This document shows, in pieces, positions 26,420 to 41,055 of a stretch of DNA of 64,000 bases. Each line of letters opens with the position of its first letter. Position 1 is the first letter of the stretch. Under the pieces are notes generated by a model. That model saw nothing but the letters and a program-made list of their open reading frames with translations. It ran no database searches and was not told the origin of the DNA. This DNA is from Lingula anatina (taxonomy: Eukaryota > Animalia > Brachiopoda): assembly GCA_051362555.1 (NCBI GenBank), contig CM120643.1, forward strand, positions 9,238,001-9,302,000, written 5' to 3'. The translations under genes were made by a program, and so were the position numbers.

Positions 26420-26655
26420 TAACACAACGCATATTGTTCATATTTCCATAATCATAATTTCAGGTCTACTGGGTTGGGCAGTTGTTGGGCGGTGTGGTCG
26501 CCGCTCTCCTCTACGACCTGCTGTTCGCCGTCAACTCCTCCGTGGACAAGCTCAAATCATGCGGCACCTCCCGCCATTACAACGAGAGCGACACGTACGC
26601 CGTCAGCGACGAGAACCACTCCGAGATGAAAGATATGCCACCTGCTAAAGTCTAA
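15761..26655 (+). CDS. Classical (AQP4-type) aquaporin, 270 aa
   Basis: Exons 15761-16294, 26037-26123, 26464-26655 (phase 0,0). Motifs SGGHINPAVT, GIEFMATFVLVFTV, PYTGAGMNTARSFGPA, WDNHWVYWVG. Predicted ar/R filter F-H-A-R. Confidence 0.95.
17853..19512 (-). mobile_element. Full-length (1.66 kb) decayed Tc1-family transposon in aquaporin intron 1
   Basis: Perfect 28-bp TIRs CAGACTTGACATTTAATATGGAATATTT (17853-17880, 19485-19512) with TA TSD. Minus-strand remnants SHRALLITDYLENQGNEQLPWSSKPPYLNHVDNMW (the Tc1 WPxxSPDLNPIE region) and GMPCRLRALVAARRG, interrupted by stops and frameshifts. Confidence 0.9.
24687..24802. mobile_element. Truncated, diverged copy of the 5-bp-TSD MITE family
   Basis: GCTGGGAAAAGGTCCACTCTGGGT...AAAAGGTCCAC...GCTACGGACCTG matches the copy at 45866-46033. 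Confidence 0.7.
25455..25668. mobile_element. PIF/Harbinger-like MITE, copy 1
   Basis: Termini GTCCCCATTCCCAGA / TATGGGAATGCGCCC, TTA TSD. Closely similar to the copies at 36774 and 46908. Confidence 0.8.
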
Positions 26656-29600
26656 CAAAATTACATGATGGGACATCAATTTCTTACTGCAAGAAAGCGA
26701 CAGAACGTGTTGTGTATTGAGTTTGCATTGCGATAAATCTGCTGAGTTGGAACTGCGACAAATATGCTTTGGGGAACGAAGAATTAGCTGTAATTTGATA
26801 CCGTTCGTTAACTATGTTTCAAGTTGGCACGAATCAAAAGGACATCGGTTAGATGATCCTTTTTTCTCCTTGAAAAAGTCAGTTATAATTTAGCTCAAGA
26901 AGAAAACCCTTCTCATAGCTCCTCTCCTGTAACATTCAAAGTTTGGATTTTTATTCGAACTTATCTTGAAAGACTGGGTATAAAGGGAAACTGGTGAAAG
27001 TTGCGGTTACTAGAATTGTCACAGTCTTGATTCGATCTCTTCCTAGCCAATTTGAGGCATAGATAATGAACGGCACCTCAATTAATATATTCTGGCCTTT
27101 TTAACCATTAGAGTAAAGCACGAACAGAAAGAAAGAAGGTAGACTATATTCTTTGGAAAAAATCGTAAGATTTACCTGTACTGACTTCGTATTGAAGTTT
27201 TTAAAGAAGTTTTTTGTATGATTTAGCAAAGGTGTTGCTTTCGATAATCAAACCGGGCTTTGCTCACAATCTAAGGCAATCGTAACTGTTTTCTGCAAAC
27301 CCAAGCCCGATGGTGCTGGACTCTGTAATTCCATGAACGATTTTTTTTTTTTTTTTTGTTTCAGCTTCTGAATCGCGAAACCAAATTCATTAAGCAGCTG
27401 TATGTTTATTTTCGTAAGCTGCCTGTAGTAACTAAAGTAGAAAAGGCCACCAAGAACTTTTTAAGTTCACAATCCCTAACAATCTCCAAATCTGTGTCTC
27501 GTTTTCGGCTAACTGCCAGACTTGGTTTGAACTGGTACAACATTATAACAAATGCATACAATCTTTCAGACTGGGATTTCAGTAAATTCATAGTGTATTT
27601 TTTTTAAATCACATTTGCCTGTTTCGAATTAATATAGTGAATTTTACCTGTTACTGCCGGAATTGTACTATTATATACTCATTTCATGAAAAACGTTAGT
27701 TGTAGTGCCCAGAACGACAATACGTACAACACAAACTTCTGTGCCAAATACACCATTCAATCATCATGGCTATACAGCAACTTTCACATTAAAGCGAGTT
27801 CATTAAAAGTAATCATTTGGTGTGAGCTGTCATTACCCAGAGCTTCAAACGGTTCATTTAAAACTTACATACCAAGTCACAATATATGCAAAGTTGCAGT
27901 CTCTCTGTTGGTGCGAGGAAGAGGACCACACGCAATGCTGTGTTACTCAGGGTGAACAGCTCTTGATAACTGGCAGAGCTACAATCGAGACGAGATCCAT
28001 TGTTAGTAATTTTATTTCAGTGACATACATATTCAAAATTACTTTTAATATTTTTTTAATCGGTAAAATAGCGCATGGGCACAAAAGGAAAGTGAGAAGG
28101 GAAAAAGAGGGTGTATTTATCCATTTTGAACAATTACAGAAAACGGACCAGAACACAGGACACCCTGAATTCCACAGCAATATCGGTGACTTTCCTCTAC
28201 CCAGAAGCCCCTCCAAATCACAAGTTCAGTGTATAGTTATGAGGGTGTTTCCAATAGACTCAAACATTCAAGGTGTGAGTTACTTGCAAGAAAAACAACA
28301 ACAAACTTGGTATTAAACTTATAGTATGTTAACTAAAGCATTTATTTCATAATTTGTACATTGTTATTGTACACAATATTTTAATATATGTATAATATAT
28401 ATATACACAATTTAGCTTAAAAAACATGTATGAGTAAACAGCTAGTAATTACATATGCTTACATGTGTATGGGACCATAGGTTCCACATATTGAAACTGG
28501 GCTTTGTTCTTAGCTTAATTATACTCAAATATACAGGCATGCATTGTAGAACTAGTTTTGTATCATCATAATAATTATCACCAGGGCTATATTACATATA
28601 AAATGAAAAAAAAAATTGTAATAAATATCGGAGGTCTACAAGTTATCCAAGTATTGTGTGAATATATTGGCACCAAGTAGTAAGCTATGATGGCAATTTG
28701 GCACCCTGTTTGAGAACAGGGCAAAAAAAGGCCTTTTTGTTATGACATTACTCCTCTACAACAAGAAGTGTATGCCAACACCATCCATCTTGCCATAAAC
28801 CATAGCATATGACATCACTACCCTGTGGTGTCCTCTTTGTTGATATTATCTAGTTTTAATGCACACGAAGTTACGTGTGACATTTTGACAATTACGTATA
28901 ACTACGAGTCACAGCACCGTATTTATGTTTATCAGAGTTACAGTCAGAAGAATTAAGATTCTAGGTGGAAAAAAAAAAAAGAAAGAGAGAATTCATGCAC
29001 ACATTTAGAAACCATGGGCAAAGTAATAAAGCATATACATGTACAGTAGCAAGTGCCTGAGAAGAACTTTGCTAATGCTCGTCTGTATTATACCCTGTAA
29101 CAGAGATGTTCATTTAAAACTATTCATTTCATCATCTACATCTGACTGTTCTAACATTGATATCATTTGTAAGCATCCTAAAAACAAGCATTTTTTGTAG
29201 CTAAAGTAACACCTTATTGCCCCATATAATATATGTAACAATATATTTCCAAGTGCAAGAGAACTGGAAAAGGATTAGAGACCCCAATGTATACTTATGG
29301 TTCTGCTCTACCACCTATGAACACATTAAAGACAGAAGCATTATCCTGCACGCTGCCAAGCTGTCGAAAACTACGGCTTAATAGTTGTATTTGTAACAGT
29401 CTGGGACTTTGAGGTTCTTTTAAGCAAAATACAGGCTTTCAGTACAGAAAACCACTTCATTCCATTCTGCTGTTAATGTGCTAACCCTTTGCCTGCAAGC
29501 ACATGGTACTATCATTGACAGAAAATCTGGACAGCCAGAAAACAGATTGTCCTTTAAGAATAACCATGTGTTCAGAAACCACCAGGTCTGGTACTGCCAG

Positions 29601-32320
29601 ACAATTACCTTGCAATGGCTTTAACACTACCCAATGTGAAGTTGGTGTGAAAAATATAAAATGCAATGCCTTGTAGGGAGAACATTTTTGTATAACAAAA
29701 TGAAGCAGTTTTTTTTGGCTGTTAGTCATTCAAGGACTACTCTAGCAACATTTTCGAATTAGCAAATTATAGAAAAAGATCAAAACTTGAGATCATGAGC
29801 AGAGGCTTCTAACAAAGAGATTTTATAATAATTATCGTCCCACACAAAATTAAAAATATTTATTATCCAGAAAACAATCAAGTGATGAAGTCAAGCCATA
29901 AGGGCATCAAAGATTTTGTCCAATTTTTTTTTTTTCACAAAGTAGTCTGTACCCTTCACTCGTCCTCTTTGCCCTTAAAAGTAACTGAGAAAGTATAAAC
30001 AAGCACTGGTTGAACTTAATATTTGGAAGAAAACTCCCCTTCCAGCATGAGATGATTTTCAAAATTAACCTTCACACCATATGTTGATATCTCCAAATAA
30101 GACTAGCTTATGCCAGTTGATCACATTAATTTATGAGAAAAAAAATATCAAAAAAGAGATGAAAAGGTTTTCCAAAATTGTTGCTGGTTATCACACAAAA
30201 ACCTTCCCCTGGCATATGAAAGTCGTTCATTGCCAATTAAATGTTGCCCCACACTGCCACAACTTGTTTTCAACCAGTAGTTCGACAGCACATTTCAAAA
30301 TTCCTTCACACAATAATAAGTATATGTCATGGTACTAATACAGAAAAACAAATCCGATATCGAGATATTTCATAACATTCATTTTTTACAAGCAGTAACA
30401 ACAAACTGTGGGAACTTCTCAAGATAAAATATTCAGATGCAGATTTCTAGCAATAAATATTAAATTGATAGAAAGAGGGGGGGGGGGGGGGAGAATAGTC
30501 ACTTTGCAACTTTTTGAATTCTTGCATAAAAAAGGTTATCCACAGAAGTGTCTTAATAAAATCCTACACCATTTAACAAAATATAAATACGTATACCCTA
30601 AAGAGGAACTATATATCGTTTGCTTCTTGATGGACACCCACCACTTGCAAAGAAAAAAAGCAGGGTTACCAAACACTGGGAAATATAAAAACAGGCACAC
30701 TGCAGTAAGTAAGACCTATGTCAGAGAAGTGGATTTTACACTGAATATTCAGGGTATTCCCAGATCAAAGGTGTTTAAATTCTGACTTGTCCATATCATT
30801 GCACCATACTCAACAGTACTGCAAAAATATTTTTTCGTCTTATCTTATCACACAAATACTACAAAGGGTAGGACACTGTATCACTTGGGGAGAGAGGAAG
30901 TTTGAAATGCAAGTGCAAGTTTGCGGTAAGGACACAGAGGGCAATAACCACAGCTCCATGCATCAAACTAATATAACAAAAGTCCTAATGTAAACCAGTT
31001 GCCGAGGGTTCAGTTTCTATGACGACACCATGGTGACACTATGGTTTGCCTGCTGGGGGCCTGCCAAACCACTGCCAACGTAAACACATTATGTTCACTA
31101 TACTACTTGGTGTGTGAACAATTTGGAAATTATTTCCATTACTAACATTTCCTTTCACCCCAGTAAAGATCATTTACTTCTTGTATTTGCACAATCTGAA
31201 GAACTACTGAAATCTAAGCGCCCTGTAGTAAGCAGTGCGTTTTAATTTAGAAGTCTTTAAAACTGATTGGCTTATCATGTTTTAGTTAAGGTGATACAAA
31301 CGTAGTAAAGGATTAGAATTCAAATTAAAACTTAATTTTCTTTCATAGAACACTGATATTTTATACCATTTTAACCTGCTTTCCAACAAGGCAGTCTCTT
31401 GTACCCTGTGTCTCTAGCTTAGAAGAGAAATTAGAGCTAATAATCTGGATCCAGAATAGCTATCTCTATGTAACCCGAGCCATTAAAAGAAACTGTTCTC
31501 ATACAACAAGCCACCTGACATGAATTGTTCTACATCATGCTATTATATTCAATTTATAAGTACTGCATCCTGAATAACTGAGACTTGCTGGACATAGAAA
31601 TAAATTTCATTTAAATAGATTGCACCCTGCATCTCAAATGAGAGAGCTGAGAATCTTATTCATAAGGAGAGATACATGCATAGATGGGTAATTCAATAGA
31701 CTACCCTAATATTAAAAAAAAAAAACATTAAGAGTTTGCTATATTCTTGGGATAATGAGAAAATGCAGTATAATTTAGTACAATACTTAAAGATAATTTC
31801 AGTGTCACTCTCACTGTGGGACTCAAAATATTCACCAGCTAATAACTCAACATGGGCAAAATAGCCAGAAAACCCATATTTCAATAGTGAAATTGAAAAA
31901 GATACAGATACATGGTCTTCTTATGGATTAAATATTGTTGCAGAAGACTTTTTTCTAGCCTCCTAACAGTACTTTTATAAAGGAGAAAAACCTCTTTGTT
32001 GTTGTAATTTTTCTTCACAATAAACTTCAACTAAATTGTTAAGTTAAGTTACAGTATTTCTAGAAAATACGGGCTATAAATCAGGGTAGCTCTTCAGTCA
32101 CCTGTTGTTCTCATTTTATTTCTGAAAGATACTAGAGTCACTTGCAGCAGATAGCTATTGGTCAGGGTAGTTTCATAGCCAGATTTACTTTTGCCCTGTA
32201 GTTCTGCTTTGCTACGTTATTAAAAAAGAAAAAAAAAAACAAAAAACTCAACAGCCTTGCATTCTGATCATAAATTGGGGAAGTAAGCCAGCAGTGGTTC
32301 TTGCATCATCTGACTGTCAC

Positions 32321-32500
32321 TATCAGCGCGTTCAGAACAGCAGACTAACAGATCTGCAGATCAAATATGGCCGACCCACTTGAATGCTTCTTGTGTAATA
32401 CTTGTGGGGAAGCTATTCAGTGTCTAATCTGGAATTAAGTGGCAAACTTTTTAATGGGTCGCCATATTTGATCTGTGGATTTGTTAGAATGCGCTCTATA
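32321..32500. mobile_element. Palindromic MITE-like element downstream of the C39-like stop codon (probable 3' UTR)
   Basis: Inverted arms CTAACAGATCTGCAGATCAAATATGGCCGACCCA and TGGGTCGCCATATTTGATCTGTGGATTTGTTAG, with outer arms AGCGCGTTC / GAATGCGCT. Confidence 0.6.
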
Positions 32501-33070
32501 AGATGATCCGCAGCCAGTTGTAGGCAGTTCTTTCAGTTTTTGGCTAAAAGCTCATAGTAAATCTGAAGACCTTGCATGTTTTGGGTGCTTAGACAGATCT
32601 GTAGCCCAAGTTCTTGCAGCTTTGGCTACAAACTTGGGAGTAGATCTGCAGATGTAGGAACTAAAACAGATCTATAGCCAGTTGTAAATCGTGACATGTT
32701 TTGCCTCTTAGACATGTCTGTAGCCAGCTGTTGTTCTTGCGGTTTTTGGCTACACACACAAGGAAGATCTGTAGATCTTGTTTGTTTTTGGTGCTAGGAC
32801 AGACCTGTAGCCACCTGTAGTTTTTCGGCTTTTGACTAAACTCCGGGATAGATCTGTCAATCTTGCATGTTTTTCAGCCAGTTCTGCAGTTTTATGCTAC
32901 AAACCTGGGGCAGATATGTAGCATTTGCATGTTTTTGACAACAACTAAGGGCAAATCTGTTGCCAGTTGTAGTTTTTCTTTTTTTTTTTCAATTTTGGGC
33001 TTTAACTTACAGCAAATCTCTAGGTCTTGCATGTTTTTGATTTTATCTCAAGGCAGATCTGTAGCCAGCA
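32500..33070. repeat. Degenerate tandem repeat overlapping the last codons and 3' UTR of the C39-like gene
   Basis: Recurrent GATCTGTAGCCAG...TTTTGGCTA...GATCT...CTTGCATGTTTTT units. The last unit encodes ...ATDLP*. Confidence 0.65.
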
Positions 33071-36000
33071 GCAGCTCCTGCAGTGCATGGCTGTCACTCC
33101 GCAGTACAAACAGGGTGATCCCAGGTTTGTAGACGGCTGGAATGGTGACGTGGGACGTCAGCTGTGGGCGAGACGGTGGGACATGAGGAGTGAACTCTTC
33201 TCGTATCACATTGATTACTTGACCTGAGTAGAAAACACAACAGGATTAAAAACAACAGTTAATAAAATAAAATAAAATAACATAAATAAATAAACAAATC
33301 ATAAATGCCAAATGGACATTTTTTTTTCAAATATCTTATTGTACATCAAATTAATGTTAATCCAAACATTTCGGGAGGCAGACTGCTGTCACTGTGTGAA
33401 TAATAATTAAATGAGTTTCATCACAATGACTAATGTAATATTATTCTGATGACAAGTGCGGACGTCTGCCTATCGCCACCACCCCTCTACCATCACATTC
33501 TCTTAATGCAGTGAATCCAAGGCCAATGTTTATTTCTTTACACACACTACAGGGAGCATAACTTCTTTACAATGTCTCAGCAATTTATAACACTCAGAAT
33601 GCCCATTAGACAGACAAAGGTGCATGTACAACTGCCATGGTTATCATAATACAATACAACCATTTATCATTCCTGATAAATTATAACTCATCAGATATCT
33701 AGTCATAAGACTTCTAGTTAGACATGCAGAAATTTCTAAAATTGACACCCCAAGAGCATTCTTAAGACATAGAATTAAAATGTGGTTGTAAAATTTTACA
33801 AGACCCCCCCCCCCCCCCCCAACCTGTCAGCATGAATTGTTCTATGCTTGGTTTAATATCACACACACACGCACGCACGCACGCACACACTTTGTTATTG
33901 CCTCACTGAATTACAATTGAATCATAGGTGGAAATTACCTAGACAAAGTGTCAATACAATTTCTGTTATTAATTGTCCTTCAAAAAATCTACTATCACTT
34001 AACTATAATACCTAAACCAGAGAAAAAGAAAGAAAAAGTTCCCATTTTCTATAATACCAAAGTTAACATTTATCTTACAGTGCCATGGTAACAAGTATAA
34101 TATAGTCCTTGGAGACTTGTGTATTTTCAATCAGTTAAAGAGACCACATGCAAAGCAACTACCAAAATTTAACTGGCGTCACCAGCTGGGAAGTGAAAAT
34201 TAATCAGCAAATAACAAACTAAACAGTTATTTTCCACATATATCATTTCAACTGGCGGAAAATGGGAAGGGAGTAGAGATAAAATTTTTAGAGGAAAAAC
34301 TTGGTCTTTTTTTTTTTCACCCCAACATGAGAAAAGGCAAAATAAATTATAACAATAATATTAATAAATAAATAAATAAAATAAAAAATTTAAAAAAATA
34401 ATTAAAAAGAAATAAAATTCTCATGAACACCAGACCTATTCTGGCTAAAAGGGCAGTTCTCTCCCCCCCCCCCCCCCCACAAACACCCCCACCCCCACCC
34501 CCTTGCAAGGGCCTGCAATCAGGCTAATCAACAATTCCATATGAATATTTTCACTTCACATCAGATCAGATCTGAATACAGCTTCTTGTGTTGTTGTCCG
34601 GGGTCTGACAATCTCCAGGAGACTGGCCTTACAGTGTACAGACACTGATTAGTTCATATCCCAGCAGGCAGCCATTAGAGTTCATGTCTCTGGTCCCCAG
34701 TGGCCAGCTCTCTCCCTTCATTCACTGGAACTTACTCTACTCATAACTTGGCAGGTTAGATTTTAATTGGACGTTTTGGTAGTGCACAGTGTGTAGAAAT
34801 AACACAAGCAAGAGGCGAGCATCTAATCCCCCCCCCCCCTTTTTTTTCTTTAAGATGAAATGCTAAAGATAATTAGCTTAGATAAAAAGATTTAAAATTC
34901 ACATTTCGCGTATACTGTGTGTGTGTGTGTGTGTGTGTGTAATTTTTACTCATCTTTTTAACTTGGCTAAAATATTTCAGTTTTTTAGGATAAAAAAAAA
35001 AATCCATGCTTGAATGTGCCGAGACATGGCTGTCACAGCAAAATATTTCATATGAGGTATATTGACATTTTGCTGACGCAAACCAACTTTAAGAATCAAA
35101 AACTCCCTAACTAATATTAAAAAAAAACACTTCTAAGAGAAGATTTAAAACATTTTTCAAATTCACTTCATAATTCAAACGTCAGATTTAATTAGGCCTG
35201 CTCATGTTAAAATTCATCCTATAACCTTGAATTTGTAACAGAAATTAAACTGTGAAATCCTATTCACAATTTGCTAATCCAACCAGACAACTGTGCAAGA
35301 CTTTTAGCTCTTGCTAATGCCAACCCAGCACTTTTTTTTATGTGCTCAATAAATACTTCAACTGCTGGCTGCTAGTTTTGGCAAGGAGTAAAGTCCTTAC
35401 GAAATACATTTCGAATCTACATTTTACATGTTCAAAGTTTCCATATGTGAAAAATTAAGAAAAATGTATACACATTTGTTGTGTCTTTATCTTTCTTTTT
35501 ATTTGATGACATAAGGTCAATATTACAAAAATTACTGACTTAAAAACAATATTCTTCACAGGAACATATTCAGATGGTTTGCCCCTCTTGAAAGTGCATT
35601 ATTGACTCAAAAATAGTGCCAGGCACTGTATTTGCTGACATAAAATCAAATATTTCAGAATTTACAGTAAGCTGAAGTCCATACTGCATATACTTTCTGT
35701 CCTGTTAAAAAAAGACAAATTTTTCACCAATTCAGCTAAAATGCGTCAGTCTGAAAGACCCAATCCTCAAAGCATATCACAGATAACAGAAGTGGTCATT
35801 TTCATATGAAGAATTTCATTGAAACATCACTGACTGTCTAAATGCATTAGTCTGAGAACATCCTCTCAACCACCCATCCTTTTAAAATTCTTACATAAAA
35901 CCACACATCACATACATCTAGAGTACACAGATGCCAGTTTGTGACAACTTTAAGAGGACATTTTTAAAAACATAGCTCACTGCCTACCATCTCAGTTCTA

Positions 36001-37919
36001 ATCAAATTATTACTCTCTATCAACAGGCTGGTATCAACTATGATTACTTTTATTAATAAATCTGACCCTGTTCATAATTTTAAGTGAAAGTTGTGTCATA
36101 TGTTATTTTCTAGTGGCGCATGAGACTAAGTTTTTATATGGTAAAAAGGCTGAAAAAATGGAATGGCAATGCCATCTGAAAAATTCAAGAAACAAAGATT
36201 CCTGAGGAAAAAAAAACAGGGTCAGAAAAATATTTTAAGTGAGGAAAGCAGTCAACAGTACTTTCTGTATTTCTTCTGGTCATGTCAAGAAAAACAAATT
36301 GAAATTTCAAACAAAACAAAAGACACAACAGCAAAAATCTTTTACTCAATTTAAGTTCTAACCACTATAAAATGTATGTACAAACCTGTTATTGGGGAGA
36401 GATGCCAGATTGTACATCTACTTTTACTTTGAAAGTTACCCATGTAGTGACAGATTGGGATCTGTAGGATTATTTTGGGGTAATAAAATCATCAGTTAAT
36501 TATTGGAAATCCTCCTTTTTTTAAAATACTGACAGCTGCCTTCTTTTCAGTGATAGTCTAAGTAAATAAAAGTTTCATAAAAAAAAAAAAATTAAAAACT
36601 TGCTTTGTTTCAACATTCTGGTCTGATATTCAACAGTAATTAAACTGCAATTAAATACTATAGCCATCTGCTTACATTTAAAACACATGCTGACCCTTGA
36701 TCAATTCAGGGTAACACAAACATTTGAGAACAGTTTCAATCAGGCCAAGGCTGCATTCACAACAGCAGACTAAGGGTGCTTTCCCAGAATTTTAGATCGA
36801 TCTAATGATTAAGATTGAGATCGACCTAACTCCCTGGGGGTTCACGCTAAATTGCAGTCAGTCGAGCGGGCACCATAGTTAATTACCCCCTTACAGCTTT
36901 TAGTAGGCGGGACAGACGCTTAAGCCGGCCAAGCTGACAGTAATCTAGTGAGACTCCCCACAGGGATAGATCGATCTAAAAATCTATGGAAATGGGGTGT
37001 AACAGATCCCTGGATCAAGTATGGCAACACTGATAAAAGTAATCCATAATAGACACTTAATTGATTCCCTGCAGGATTTACGCAACAAGCATTCAATTGG
37101 GTCAGCCATATTTGATCCATGGATGTGAATGCAGCCTTAGACATTACACACTCCTTTTATGTGTTAACATATTTCTAGTGGGTGGTATTGAGTTGTTTGT
37201 AACAAGCTTTCAAGGGGTTTACAGTAAAACTTGAACATAAATGTTTAAAACTTACAAGATAAATGGTTAGACAATAAAAGTACAGTTAAAGTGTAAAAAC
37301 AGCAACCAAGTTGGTGTACAAACATCAAACTGTGGGTTAGAAATCCTCACTCACTACTTTTTTTTTCAGTCCAACTGCGGCTGCATTTAAAATATTTTGT
37401 TGTTTTACTTTATTTCATTTTTCATTCCTCGAAATATTTATTTATTACATCAGAAACAGTGGTTAAATTGGGTAATTGAAGAACATCTGCATTCCCATCG
37501 CCATAGTGCGAAACTCAAAACTGTACTGGAACCTAGACAGATAAGTGTTACTTAGAAAATCTTGAAATTCCAGAGACCTTGATATCCCATCATAGTAATC
37601 ATTTGTCTGAAAGTTGTGACTGAACTGGAGATGGAGAGTGTCACTGCAAAATCCAAGAATTGTACCAGACATTTTTATCACACCCGGACTCATTCAAACT
37701 GCAGTAAATGTCAACACACATTATTTTCATTTCCAAATCTGAAGATTTTACATTTACAACAAGGCGACACTTCTTATCTTTTTCTTTTTGTCCTTCTTGT
37801 GTGCATTTCTTAAAATGAAAAACTTTTCCACAAATGTAGACAAATGTTTTTCTTTAGTAGTAAAAATGTTGCATTTTGTGTCCATTCCTTTTCATTTTTC
37901 TATAATTTTTTCCCAATCA

Positions 37920-37957
<38 letters not shown>

Positions 37958-40900
37958 AAACATTCTCTTATATAAGATTAGTTTTCAAAGTTAAATATAA
38001 CACAGTTTTCTCAAAAGTCCAAAGAAGAAAAAAAGAATGAATTTCAACAACTAAGAGAAGTACCCCACTAGCAGGCAATTGCAACACCCTTCACTACTTT
38101 GTACTCTGCTATATAGCGTCTCTTTCCACCAATTTGATTTATTTCAGGCATTTGCTTATTCATAGTCTAAGCACTCGAGCAAAAAACTACCACACTTCAA
38201 AGGCCGTGCCAATATAGTTACAACACTTTCGAATACTTTGCACACAACTTTTTCTACTGCATCAATACCTAAAAGGTAATGCGTTGTAGTGGCACCTAAG
38301 CAACTCTGGGGAATATTTTGTACTTCACTGAAGTAAACAGGGATAAAATGGGCTAAAAAGGTTTAAAGAGCAACTTGAATAACATGTTGCATCTTCTGGC
38401 AACTTATGAAATGAACTGAAACACTGTGACATAAAAACTCGTTTTTTGAAGTAATTTTCAGCAAAGTTGCCAACTCTGGTCATGTAGATTTGATGCTTTT
38501 CTGGCCAGCAACATTAATTGCTTATTTCCTCATTTCATCATCTTACACGGAATTTCTCATTATGATGGCAGCAAGCTTGTTTTGGCTTTAAAAAAGATCA
38601 TGTTCTCTGTTCCCTTAGTGCCTTTCCCCAAAAGGAGGTTTTTAAGTTGGCATTCAACAGGTTTCATGTTGGCAGCTAAATAAAAATAGAACTCTTAGCT
38701 GGTTTCTGCCAGATTCTGTTGCTGGTTTGGGCTGGGTGAAACTGGTCTGGGCTAATTCTTTCAGATCCCAATTAGCAAACTTTCAGCTGTTGCAATATTG
38801 CACATGGATATATCTTATGCTGCATTTTCCAGACTGTAACTTACTAGAGTCGTGTAATATCTATCTAATAAATGGGAAATTGTTGCAACACTTACTCAGA
38901 GCACACTGTTTGGGCCTCAATCACTACCAATTAGTCACAATGTTGTATTTCTAACAGCTGGAATAGGCATGTAGATTGCAAATAAATAATTTGGTAGTAT
39001 ATTTCATTAATAGAGGTCCTGCATTAGCTGGTATTAGCCGGTTCCCATGCAACAACTACCTGTTCCACCTGTTTGTGAACAAACACCAAAACTTTTCTGC
39101 ACCAACTCAATTTCACAGTAAAGTCAGTAAATGAGCTTTGGGGAAACACAAAATTGGCAAGATAATAGTATTTGTCATTAACATCATCAGCCCGATCCTC
39201 TGCATATCGAATATTGTCGACACACACACACAGCATTATTAAGAGTAAATTTGTAAATTTTGAATTACTTCATGATCATAATTCCAGTAACTTTGCAAAT
39301 TAGCAAATTGAGTAGATTCCCGTTTGGCCTTGAAATTCACCTATCAAAACTATTTTTGTTGGTTGTTAACAACAAGTAGCACCATCTATAATATAAATAT
39401 AGTTTATGACCTAACCCTTCTCATACTGATGAAGGCAATTTTTTTTTTTTAGATATTTGATATCATGTTGTTGCTACCTAATAGAATTCATTAACATTCA
39501 TTCTATATACTAGTAGTTCACTCAATTCTCACCCATCTGAAAATTCATTTAGTGAAAATTGATGCTGGAATCATAATTCAACTTCAATTATCCAAGCAAT
39601 GCATCTGTCTACTGAGAATTTGAAAGTTGGTTATCATGGACCCCATTCCCATACCTATATCAATCTAATAGGATCGATTTATCTCAGGGAGGTTTCTCGC
39701 TAAATTGCATTCAGCTTAAGCGGCTCTGATCTCAGGCAGGGCTTCTGAAGCTGTTAGGGGGTAGTTAACTTTCATTTGGCAGCTTCAGTAGGCGTGCCAG
39801 CCATCTAAGCCGCTTAAGCTGAATGCAGTTTAGTGAGAATCCTCTCAGAGATGGACCGATCCCGCTAGATCGATCTAGGTATGGGAATGAGGTCATACAT
39901 AACCCAAGGCACTGATGCCACTTATGTATCAACCTACTCATGCAGACTTTTTGGCAAACCATTTGACATTTACATAACATGGTAGTCAAGGAGGTGTTAC
40001 AGCATAAAAGGATAAGTAAATATGCTTTACAGACTCTCACCAAAACCAGCTGTACAAAGCACAATAACAATTTACTCATTTATATTTGTTATTATATAAT
40101 GAACTAGAAGTTTTCTTTTAGAATTCCGACAGAGACCAAAACAGTTAGCCATTCAAGTGAGGGATCCCACATATGACAGAGGAATGGAGTTGGAATCAAG
40201 TGTATATTTCTCAAAGTCAAAACAATGAAGATTTAAGTCAAAACAGTTCTAAGTGCTGGTTATGTTTCTTTGCATTTTGTTGTAAAATATTCCACAATAA
40301 AACATCCAGGATTTTTCAACATAATGCTATATTCTTAACCATTAAATACTTGGGACTCTGTCTCATTCTGTTTTTGAATATTCTGTGTAGATAACCTTCA
40401 AGGTATTCAATATCTCATTTTGTTGTCAAATATTCTACAATAAAACATCCAGGGTTTTTCAACATTATGCTATTCCCCTTAAGAATTAAATACTTGGACT
40501 CTGCCTCATTCTGTTTTCAAATATTCTGTGCAGAAAACTTCCAAGGTATTTCAATGTGCCACAAGTATTCAATATTTCATCCAACACATTCAAGGAATGC
40601 AAAGCTTTCTACCAAATGTTACAAAACAATCTCAACAAGCACAACAGACTTTCTCTAGTTTGGCTCAAAACACAATCACCAAGCACATCCAACGCCCCCA
40701 AGCCAAAGATTTTCCCAGCAAACCATCCAGCCATCGTTTGGACGACTGCCAGCAACAAGAAGGCCTTATTTTCTAAGACAGCTGGACAGCTTACGTCCTC
40801 CATCTGGGGTCAGCTTGTATAAGAAGTGGTCTAAAATCAAAGTATAAAGACCACTGTTTCAATGACCCCCCCCCCCCCACACACACACACACACACACAT

Positions 40901-41022
40901 CCATTGCTTTCAACATAATCTCACCAAACACATTCAGTGCCCTCCATCTCGAGTCTGCTTTTATAAGAGGTCTCAGATCTAAGTTCATGCTCCACTGTTT
41001 AAATGAACCCCCCCCCCCCCCC

Positions 41023-41055
<33 letters not shown>

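Noticed and set aside
27822-28316. 164-aa ORF downstream of the aquaporin
   Set aside because: Non-ATG start, no domain, no supporting splice structure.
33048-33050. TGA as selenocysteine or readthrough in the C39-like gene
   Set aside because: It falls at the end of the domain-like sequence, downstream DNA is degenerate repeat, and no SECIS was recognised.
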